A stretch of 64,000 nt of DNA from an archaeon. GTDB lineage: Archaea > Undinarchaeota > CAZHTU01 > JBDRCC01. Within the stretch, counting starts at the first letter, position 1. Every line of letters starts with the position of its first letter. The stretch is from the NCBI GenBank assembly GCA_043822065.1, contig JBDRCC010000006.1, positions 1 through 64,000 on the forward strand, read 5' to 3'. Shown in pieces: positions 40,787 to 47,486 of the stretch. A program made the translations under genes and the position numbers. The notes beneath the pieces are model-generated. The model saw only the letters and a list, made by a program, of their open reading frames with translations, made no database searches and was not told where the DNA came from.

Positions 40787-40824
40787 CTGTTATAAAATAG
40801 TAACAAGTGTTATATAAACCTAAC
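40769..40824. promoter_or_regulatory. Three GTTA-N8-TAAC palindromes at an exact 20-bp period (putative autoregulatory operators)
   Basis: Copies start at 40769, 40789 and 40809, covering the MNT start codon and TATA box. Confidence 0.7.
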
Positions 40825-40849
40825 GGTTGAAGTAACACGAGCTCCCGTT

Positions 40850-40900
40850 GCATGCGAGAGTAAACGGGGGCAGTTCCCAAATAAATGGGGCTTACTATAC
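40850..40900. repeat. Array repeat R2
   Basis: GCATGCGAGAGTAAACGGGGGCAGTTCCCAAATAAATGGGGCTTACTATAC. Confidence 0.9.
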
Positions 40901-40959
40901 ACTCGCAGAGGGCGATTAACTAACAGTCCAAATCCATTCCTTGTTGTTTTTATTTCACC

Positions 40960-41505
40960 TCAATCGAAGTAGTTTTCAGGTTTTAGTCTTTCTGCGGCAG
41001 CTGTTTGTTCCTTTTTCATTCTTCTGATGTTTTTTCTGCCAATCTCTTTTATACCATCTTTCATTAACTCTTCATAGCCCTCCGTGTCAAGTTCGAGGTA
41101 GCAAAGTCTGCCATCATAGGCAACAATTCTATATCCTAACTTAAGGTGCAGAAAAGTAGAAGCGTCGAAGTCCTCGGTCTCTCTTTTGACTTTGGATACG
41201 GCAGCTATGACTCTGCGAACTCCATATTTCCCATATAGGCATTTTAGAACTTGGAATTCAAAGGACTGACCACAGCGTCTCCCCTTGAATTTTATGTGCA
41301 GCCCATGGATAAATGCAATGTTCCCGTCTAGGGTACACATTATCTCTCCGACTTGATTTTCTTCGTTGTGCTTGCCCTTCTCATAAAACAAAAACTGAAT
41401 AGTTTTTGTAAGGCCCTTTCGACAATAAGGATAGTCTACTGGGAAGGGGCGCTGGTACATAATCAAAAGCATTCTTTCCTTGGAGTTTATTTTTATCTCT
41501 TCCAT
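40960..41505 (-). CDS. Hypothetical protein, possibly GNAT-like
   Basis: 181-aa ORF; the VGEI...IHGLHIKFKGRRCG...LGY pattern weakly resembles GNAT motifs A and B. Confidence 0.55.
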   Translation of the reverse strand: MEEIKINSKERMLLIMYQRPFPVDYPYCRKGLTKTIQFLFYEKGKHNEENQVGEIMCTLDGNIAFIHGLHIKFKGRRCGQSFEFQVLKCLYGKYGVRRVIAAVSKVKRETEDFDASTFLHLKLGYRIVAYDGRLCYLELDTEGYEELMKDGIKEIGRKNIRRMKKEQTAAAERLKPENYFD

Positions 41506-41640
41506 CTTATATCAATGCCCTTCCTGCTCCACATCGCATCATTTTTGAGCATGACTTTTCTGATGCTTTCTCCTTATAAAAATGTAAGCGCCGGGCGCGG
41601 GAGCATAACCAGCAGTTCAAACCACATAATTGATACGAAA

Positions 41641-41667
41641 CAGTAAGCCGGTAAAATGAGCTTACTA
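41641..41667. repeat. Array repeat R3 (degenerate)
   Basis: CAGTAAGCCGGTAAAATGAGCTTACTA; arms AGTAAGC and GCTTACT are perfectly inverted; abuts the stop codon at 41665. Confidence 0.65.
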
Positions 41668-42006
41668 ACCTGCTAACAGCTTTACTACCTCTAGCACAAT
41701 TATTACTGGTAGCAAATAGAAAACAATACTGCCCAAAACAATATGCCCAATCAACGACTTAATCAGGAGTATTCCAGCAATCAGCCCTACTGCTACTGCT
41801 GGCAGTCCGATTGGCGACATTCCGTGGTGGACAACATGGATTACTTGTGCAAGTATTAGCAGCATGCCCAACGCCCACAGCGCTGCTATGTTCGGAGTCG
41901 CACTTGAAATGTGGACCTTGAAAATCAGGCCAGCAAGTATTACCAAAAGAGTTGACGGAAGCACACATACTGGGTCTATATGGCCCCTATTTGACATTTT
42001 AAACAT
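41665..42006 (-). CDS. Small 4-TM His-containing membrane protein, divergent from fur
   Basis: Four hydrophobic segments; GHIDPVC and IHVVHHG. Confidence 0.65.
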   Translation of the reverse strand: MFKMSNRGHIDPVCVLPSTLLVILAGLIFKVHISSATPNIAALWALGMLLILAQVIHVVHHGMSPIGLPAVAVGLIAGILLIKSLIGHIVLGSIVFYLLPVIIVLEVVKLLAG

Positions 42007-42037
42007 AAGTTCAATTTGTCAGATATATTTAAATATG

Positions 42038-42060
42038 TTATTGATTTCCATTATCAATAA
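42038..42060. promoter_or_regulatory. Fur/Zur-box-like palindrome
   Basis: TTATTGAT-TTCCATT-ATCAATAA, a perfect 8-bp inverted repeat ending 4 nt before the fur ATG; the minus strand reads GATAATGGAAATC, similar to Fur boxes. Confidence 0.65.
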
Positions 42061-42064
42061 GCAA

Positions 42065-42433
42065 ATGCCAAGAAAAACTAGGCAGAAAGAGCTCCTCCTG
42101 TCAGAGGTGGAAAAACTTGATGTCATCTTCTCTGCAGATGACCTGTTCAAGCTGGCTAGGGAAAAGGACACAAAGATTGGGATTGCAACGGTATACCGCT
42201 TTCTTAGAAACCTAATGGCAAAGCAGCAGCTCCATTCCTACCTATGCAACCGGCGCATGGTATACTCCAAGGATATGAACAGCCACTGCCACTTTATATG
42301 CCAAAAATGCGGAAAAGTTGCTCACTTCAAAGTTGAGGATATCGGATTTATAAAAGAGAAAATAGACGGCCAGCTCTGCCATTTCCAGATAGATGTGCAC
42401 GGGCTCTGCAGAGGCTGTCTAAAAGCCGAGTAG
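42065..42433 (+). CDS. Fur-family transcriptional regulator
   Basis: FSADDL...IGIATVYRFL, HCHFICQKCG and GLCRGC; ATG 42065 is preferred over the longer ORF. Confidence 0.92.
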   Translation: MPRKTRQKELLLSEVEKLDVIFSADDLFKLAREKDTKIGIATVYRFLRNLMAKQQLHSYLCNRRMVYSKDMNSHCHFICQKCGKVAHFKVEDIGFIKEKIDGQLCHFQIDVHGLCRGCLKAE

Positions 42434-42446
42434 ATATTTTTTGCAT

Positions 42447-42517
42447 GGCAAGCCCCTTAGCATGTGAAAGTAAAATCGAGAGGGGGCAGTCCCCCGACTA
42501 AATGGGGCTTACTATAC
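42447..42517. repeat. Array repeat R4 (longest match to the rnpB 3' flank)
   Basis: GGCAAGCCCC...GAAAGTAAAATCGAGAGGGGGCAGTCCCCCGACTAAATGGGGCTTACTATAC; shares GAAAGTAAAATCGAGAGG with 45292-45309. Confidence 0.92.
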
Positions 42518-42538
42518 AAATCCTTAACGACATGAAGA

Positions 42539-43084
42539 TTATTCTCCAGATTCGGTTAGAAGAGCATCAATTTTATCTACGAAATCATTTGCGTCCTTTA
42601 CCAATAAATCTGCTGCCTCTCTTTCTATCCCCACTTCAGCCGAGTACTGCGCAGTTTCCCTTTCCCTCCTTGCTCGCCGGAGCTTCATGACATACTCTTC
42701 TTCAAGTTTTTTCGCCTCTCTCAGCGTCTCAAGGTGCTTCTTCTCCAGCAGCCCTTTTCTGACATAATAGCACTCGAGGGCCATACTCGTAGCGGCATGA
42801 TTCTTGCTCCAGAAACCCAATTTACCTATCGCCGCTAAAGCGGCATGGTACATGGCGTAGTAGGAACAGACGACAACCCAGTCGTTAGCTTTGAAATCGT
42901 GAAGCTTGAGAATATCCTGCGCATTCTTAGACTTGTCCAGCAATCTTAGAACCTTTGCAACCAACAGATTATGTCTTGCTTTTTCTATGTGGTTTGGAAC
43001 TAACCTCGCAATGTGAAATCCTTTTCCGAACGTACCTTCTTCTTCAAACTTCCTAAGTTTTTTCTTAAGCTCTTCCGCTTTCAT
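42539..43084 (-). CDS. HEPN domain protein (toxin of MNT-HEPN pair 2)
   Basis: WVVVCSYYAMYHAALAA...SKNH...RETAQY; ATG 43084 overlaps the MNT stop. Confidence 0.88.
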   Translation of the reverse strand: MKAEELKKKLRKFEEEGTFGKGFHIARLVPNHIEKARHNLLVAKVLRLLDKSKNAQDILKLHDFKANDWVVVCSYYAMYHAALAAIGKLGFWSKNHAATSMALECYYVRKGLLEKKHLETLREAKKLEEEYVMKLRRARRERETAQYSAEVGIEREAADLLVKDANDFVDKIDALLTESGE

Positions 43085-43704
43085 AACTTCACCTCGAACA
43101 CAATATCCCAAAATCTCTTATGGCCAAAAATAATTATGCCATCTGTCAACGCTTCGGTACCGACAGTGGATGTTTCAGAGGCAAGCATTTTTTTCATACT
43201 TTCCAAATCTGCGACAACAGTCGAAATACTCTTGCCATAGCGCATCTCTATAGTACTTGCAATTCTATCAACCACCCCCTTATCCTTTAACGAGGACGAT
43301 AGAGTGAGCAAATCAATATCACTTCTTTCGGTTCCCCCCCCTCTCGCATATGAGCCAAACAACACAACAGACTGTAGTCGTTCGCCAAGTTCTTCTTTAA
43401 CGCCTGATAAAAATTCGTCAACTATTTTCCCTGCACTTGACTTTCTCCCAAAGAGCTCCTCCCGCTCTTCTTCCGTGAGGAGGGACAGATAAGTCTTAGT
43501 TTTTTCAGTGTCCTTCAAGCCAATTTCATACGCCTTTCCAACTCTATTCTTCCCAAGGACCCCTTCCGCGACCAAAGAGTTAACATGCCGGTGCGTCGGC
43601 TCATATGATAATCCAATTCTTTCCGAAAGTTCGCGGATAGTGTAAGTCGCACCAATGTCCCTTCTGTAAGCTTTCAATACTCTAAAGATGTTTTCTAACT
43701 TCAT
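43081..43704 (-). CDS. HTH-fused minimal nucleotidyltransferase (antitoxin of pair 2)
   Basis: YTIRELSERIGLSYEP wHTH and LFGSYARG...SDIDLL; start moved to ATG 43704. Confidence 0.92.
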   Translation of the reverse strand: MKLENIFRVLKAYRRDIGATYTIRELSERIGLSYEPTHRHVNSLVAEGVLGKNRVGKAYEIGLKDTEKTKTYLSLLTEEEREELFGRKSSAGKIVDEFLSGVKEELGERLQSVVLFGSYARGGGTERSDIDLLTLSSSLKDKGVVDRIASTIEMRYGKSISTVVADLESMKKMLASETSTVGTEALTDGIIIFGHKRFWDIVFEVKL

Positions 43705-43741
43705 ATTGGATTTTCCAATAATGTTATTGGATTTCCAAATA
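43704..43741. promoter_or_regulatory. Two TTGGA-N2/3-TCCAA palindromes (putative operators)
   Basis: TATTGGATTTTCCAATA at 43704-43720 and TATTGGATTTCCAAATA at 43725-43741, between the TATA box and the start codon. Confidence 0.7.
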
Positions 43742-43759
43742 TAAACTTTTCGCTCCATG

Positions 43760-43796
43760 AAATCAAGGGGCAGTTCCCCGAACAAATGGGGCTTAC
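43760..43796. repeat. Array repeat R5
   Basis: AAATCAAGGGGCAGTTCCCCGAACAAATGGGGCTTAC. Confidence 0.9.
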
Positions 43797-43823
43797 CTAA
43801 CAGTCAAAGTCCATCTGCCGGAT

Positions 43824-44272
43824 TTACTCTATCCTGTCAATTAGGTCTGAGATGTCCTGTGCGTGTTTCTTCTTCCCTGCGATAAGGGTATGGAACGTGT
43901 CCCTTTGCAGCTTGCTGGAAGCAAGGCGTGCGCCCTTTTCATACATCTCTGCCGCCTTTACCTCTCCTATCAATCCTTCAGTCAGTTTCGCGACAAGTTT
44001 TGAGGTGGCAGGGGTGGCGCGTTTCACCTTTTTGCCAAAGAACTCACGGGATAATAGTTCCAGTACCTTGACATGCTGCTCACTCTCCGCAATAATCTTT
44101 TCAACGATAGCTCGTGCACTCTTTTTGTTTTCTGCGGGGATGTTCGCCCCCCCCCCAGTTCGGTTAACAGTTTTTTGTAGAAATCTATGGACGATAATTC
44201 CCCCGTTATAGCGACTTTGTTGATTAGTGTGATTAATTCTTTGTCCTGAATTCTCTTTTTGTAGTCCATCAT
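43824..44272 (-). pseudogene. Ferritin/rubrerythrin-like four-helix protein frameshifted at a G10 tract (44147-44156)
   Basis: Frame 1 (MMDYKK...GELSSIDFYKKLLTEL) joins frame 2 (ANIPAENK...IIAESEQH...GEVKAAEMYEK...KKH) across the homopolymer; G8 or G11 would restore the frame. Confidence 0.7.
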
Positions 44273-44346
44273 CTTTAGCCCCCCCTTTTTTTTGGGCATA
44301 TCCCCTTAAGAAAAACAAGTATTTAACACATACGTCTAAACAAACA

Positions 44347-44382
44347 AAGCCCTAAAATTAAGTAAAGATGCGCCGAGGGGGC
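44347..44382. repeat. Array repeat R6 (partial, left part only)
   Basis: AAGCCC...AAGTAAA...GAGGGGGC is colinear with the left part of R4 and is cut at the hydrolase stop codon. Confidence 0.5.
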
Positions 44383-44383
44383 G

Positions 44384-45163
44384 TCATCCTTTTTCACGCA
44401 AGGCTTGATTTAACCAGTCAGAGGCATACTCCGCTATTTCTTGCCAGCCCGGTTCCCCAATGACCCAGTGGGCATGGTTCGCGAATTCCTTGTAAGTTGA
44501 AACAGCCTTATATTTATCTGCAACTTTCCGAACAACTGAAGCAGGAGTGATCCTATCCTCGGCTCCGGCAACAACCAGAACAGGACAAGTAACCTTTGAT
44601 TCATCAACGTTTGCCGCCCCCTTGGAATCAAGAAGCCAGAATCCGATTTCGTATGCTGCCCGCCCTGACTCGTAAACAAATTTGTCAAAAGCCTCCTTTT
44701 GCTCATCGGCCGTGAGTAAATGCATCATCGAATACGCCGCATCATCAAAACCTTGCCGCATTGGCTTTCTCCAAAAGCCCCATTTTGTGAATACGCCCCA
44801 AAAACTTTTTATCACCGATGGCGTTAAGGCTATAATCCCCCGTGGTGATGCGGGAGTTAACAAAACAAGGGCTTTAGCCAATCCCCGGCTCCCAAGGATT
44901 TGTGCGAGAAGCCCGCCCATTGAGTGTCCCATCAGGATAGGGGTCGCGTCAAGCTCTCTAATTTTGTTCTCAAGGTCTTCAGCATAATCCAATATGCTGG
45001 TTGTTCCCAATAGGGGATTGGGGGTTTCACCCGGGCCCATATCATGAAAGCGCAGAGTGGGGTTAATACAATGATAACCATTCTCCTCGAAAAATTTCTT
45101 GTAGTTCTCCCAACACCATCCGCCACCCCACATACCATGAATCATTATTATTGTTTCAGTCAT
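44384..45163 (-). CDS. Alpha/beta hydrolase
   Basis: HGMWGG oxyanion loop, GHSMGG nucleophile elbow, GAEDRIT, HAH; GGAGG Shine-Dalgarno before ATG 45163. Confidence 0.92.
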   Translation of the reverse strand: MTETIIMIHGMWGGGWCWENYKKFFEENGYHCINPTLRFHDMGPGETPNPLLGTTSILDYAEDLENKIRELDATPILMGHSMGGLLAQILGSRGLAKALVLLTPASPRGIIALTPSVIKSFWGVFTKWGFWRKPMRQGFDDAAYSMMHLLTADEQKEAFDKFVYESGRAAYEIGFWLLDSKGAANVDESKVTCPVLVVAGAEDRITPASVVRKVADKYKAVSTYKEFANHAHWVIGEPGWQEIAEYASDWLNQALREKG

Positions 45164-45303
45164 GATTTGCCTCCGTTCGTTCAGCAATTTTGCATAATGC
45201 CCTATGCAGATATTTTTATATGCAATTGTTTATATAAAATATATTTGGTCACTACTGAACCTTTTCCTACGGTAAGCCCCACCTATTGTGCGAAAGTAAA
45301 ATC

Positions 45304-45609
45304 GAGAGGAGGTAGTAAGCCCCATTCTGTTCAGGCCGCGGAAAACTTCACGCAAGGCCCTCTACGGCATTAGACTGAGCGTCTTAGACTTGCACCCGCC
45401 GGGGCCATGGCCGTTTCATTCCCATCCGCCGCCTCAGGTTTTCCATCATCACAAGGCGGAAAGGATATCGTTTCTGATCCTGGCCCTGCCAGTCTCCCGG
45501 CAGCGCTTGCGCGCCAGTTTCGGCAGGATAGATTCCAGCCGAGGTGTGGGGACTTTCCTCGCCCCTTCGCGTTTGAATGCTTAGGGACGGCGGCCGTTCT
45601 CCCCCTCTC
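45304..45609 (-). ncRNA. rnpB: RNase P RNA (archaeal)
   Basis: Minus strand shows CR-I GAGGAAAGUCCCCAC, CR-II AGAAAC, CR-III UGAAAC, GGUGCAAG, CR-IV AGUCUAAU and CR-V AACAGAAUGGGGCUUA; P1 GAGAGGGGG/CCUCCUCUC; K-turn-like UGAUGA...CUGAG in P12. Confidence 0.95.
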
Positions 45610-45629
45610 ACTATAGATAGGGCTCCCTG

Positions 45630-45646
45630 CTTTTAAAAACCTTTCG
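45630..45646 (-). promoter_or_regulatory. BRE-TATA promoter of rnpB
   Basis: Minus strand CGAAAGGTTTTTAAAAG, about 20-35 nt upstream of the P1 5' end. Confidence 0.65.
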
Positions 45647-45712
45647 CCAAGCCCCCTGGGCTCAGCCCCATGACAGTTAGCTTTATAAAAATTCGTAGCA
45701 TAGTCACATGGC

Positions 45713-47434
45713 ATGGATGTTCCGTTCTTCGCAGAGCTAACTGCAATCATCGTAACTACGTTGGCAGTCTCAGGCGCCCTCCGCCTGCTGAAGCAGCCGC
45801 TGATAATAGGCTATATCCTCTCCGGGGCCATAATCGGCCCTGCGGCGCTGAACCTTGTGCGCTCCCACGACGCTATTGCGAACTTTTCCCAGTTGGGCGT
45901 AGTCTTCCTGCTGTTCATCGTCGGGCTCAACCTGAACCCAAGGGTGATACGGGACGTGGGGAAAGTCGCGCTTGTGACGGGCGTGGGGCAGGTGGCATTT
46001 ACAGTCGCCTTCGCACTTCTGCTCTGCAAGCTCATAGGTTTCACCCTCATCGAGTCCCTTTATGTCTCAATAGCCCTTGCCTTCAGCAGCACAATCATCA
46101 TAATGAAGCTGCTCTCGGACAAGAAGGAGATGGAGACCCTTTTTGCAAGAATCTCCATAGGGTTCCTTATAGTCCAAGACATCATCGCGATTGTCCTGCT
46201 TGTCGCCATCTCCTCGCTTGCAGGCGGGGCGAACGTTACCCTCCTCATTACGGAGACTCTTTTCAGGGGCCTTTTGATAATGATTGCCCTTGTTGCAGTC
46301 AGCCTGTACGCCCTGCCCAAAATAGTGGCAGAAGTTGCCAAGTCGCAGGAGTTCCTGTTCCTGTTCTCCCTAGGGTGGTGCCTGTCCGTTGCGACCGCAT
46401 TCCACTACGCGAATTTCTCCATTGAGGCTGGGGCGCTCTTAGCCGGAATTGCGCTCTCTATCAGCCCCTACCACTACGAGATAAGCTCCAGGATGCGGCC
46501 CCTGCGGGACTTTTTCATAATCCTCTTCTTCATATGGCTTGGCTCCCAGATGCAGTTTGCGAACTTTGCCGCGCAGGTGCCCATCGGCATCGCCCTCTCA
46601 GCACTTGTGCTCTTCGGGAACCCGCTCATAGTCATGACCCTGATGGGCCTGCTCAACTACACCAAGCGGAACAGCTTCAAGGCAGGCCTAACGGTTGCGC
46701 AGATAAGCGAGTTCTCTCTTATAATAGTCGCGCTCGGGGTGAAGCTGGGGCACCTATCCGCAGAATTTCTGTCGCTACTCACTTTTGTCGGGTTGCTGAC
46801 GATGGGCGGCTCGACCTACATGATACTCTACTCCGACCGGCTTTACGGCATTCTGTCCAAGCGCCTCTCAATTTTTGAACGGAAGGGGAGGAAGATTGAC
46901 GAGCACAGGTACCACAAGGACCATAGCTACGACATAATCCTCTTCGGGTATGACCGCATCGGGTATGACATCCTCGAGTCCCTCAAGAAGATAAAGCGGA
47001 CCTTCCTCGTGATTGACTATGACCCGGAACTAATCGTGAAGCTCTCGAAGGAAGGGTATGACTGCAAGTATGGGGACGCAAACGACTCCGAGCTCCTAAA
47101 CGACCTCAATATGTCTGACACGAAGATGGTAGTTTCAACCATACCAACCATCGACACAAACCTCCTGATTATAAACAAGGTCAAGGAAGCGAACGACCGC
47201 ACGATTATCGCAATCGTTTCCCACCAGATTGATGACGCACTGAGGCTCTATGACGCAGGTGCGACCTATGTCATACTGCCGCATTTCCTCGGCGGCCGGT
47301 ACCTCTCGACAATGATCGAGCGCAACAAGCTCGACATAAACAAGTTCCTCCGGGAGCGCGCCCTCCACATCTCCGACATCAAGGCGAGGAAAGAAAGGGG
47401 GCACGAGCATCCAAGGCACGAGAAGCACCATTGA
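45713..47434 (+). CDS. Cation:proton antiporter (CPA2/Kef-like) with TrkA-N (RCK) domain
   Basis: LKQPLIIGYILSG, LLFIVGL, FSSTIII, LIVQD, QISEFS; C-terminal GYDRIG...YGDA. Confidence 0.92.
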   Translation: MDVPFFAELTAIIVTTLAVSGALRLLKQPLIIGYILSGAIIGPAALNLVRSHDAIANFSQLGVVFLLFIVGLNLNPRVIRDVGKVALVTGVGQVAFTVAFALLLCKLIGFTLIESLYVSIALAFSSTIIIMKLLSDKKEMETLFARISIGFLIVQDIIAIVLLVAISSLAGGANVTLLITETLFRGLLIMIALVAVSLYALPKIVAEVAKSQEFLFLFSLGWCLSVATAFHYANFSIEAGALLAGIALSISPYHYEISSRMRPLRDFFIILFFIWLGSQMQFANFAAQVPIGIALSALVLFGNPLIVMTLMGLLNYTKRNSFKAGLTVAQISEFSLIIVALGVKLGHLSAEFLSLLTFVGLLTMGGSTYMILYSDRLYGILSKRLSIFERKGRKIDEHRYHKDHSYDIILFGYDRIGYDILESLKKIKRTFLVIDYDPELIVKLSKEGYDCKYGDANDSELLNDLNMSDTKMVVSTIPTIDTNLLIINKVKEANDRTIIAIVSHQIDDALRLYDAGATYVILPHFLGGRYLSTMIERNKLDINKFLRERALHISDIKARKERGHEHPRHEKHH

Positions 47435-47486
47435 GATGCCGCGGGCGCCACAATAACTACTTATAAGCCCCAGTAATTTTACCCAT

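Larger units (their letters stand above)
39765..45326. mobile_element. Putative cassette array or island at the rnpB 3' end (six modules delimited by rnpB-derived repeats)
   Basis: Visibly AT-richer than the flanks; accessory genes; related repeats at every module junction; no integrase in the window. Confidence 0.6.

Noticed and set aside
43333-43345. C8 homopolymer in the second MNT gene as a phase-variable tract
   Set aside because: The reading frame is intact with normal spacing of the GS...DxD motif, so there is no sign of switching.
39770-43796. IS200/IS605 or IscB end hairpins (CCCC...GGGGCTT resemblance)
   Set aside because: No TnpA, TnpB or IscB ORF or remnant is seen, and the match to the rnpB 3' end and trailer explains the sequence better. 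Not fully excluded.
40817-43805. Classical integron attC sites (GTTAGGT on the minus strand near 40818 and 43795)
   Set aside because: There is no matching RYYYAAC box or long imperfect hairpin and no intI in the window; the 40818 match is explained by the GTTA-N8-TAAC operator.
43824-44318. ORF-track 164-aa product as the real protein
   Set aside because: Its first roughly 55 residues are low-information; the alternative frame starting at 44272 supplies the missing ferritin-like first helix.
39765-45326. CRISPR array interpretation of the repeats
   Set aside because: The spacing is 0.5-1.3 kb with whole genes in between, the copies are degenerate, and no cas genes are present.
45370-45750. 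ORFs 45370-45750, 45384-45611, 45390-45584 and 45407-45616
   Set aside because: They overlap the RNase P RNA gene and show no protein motifs.
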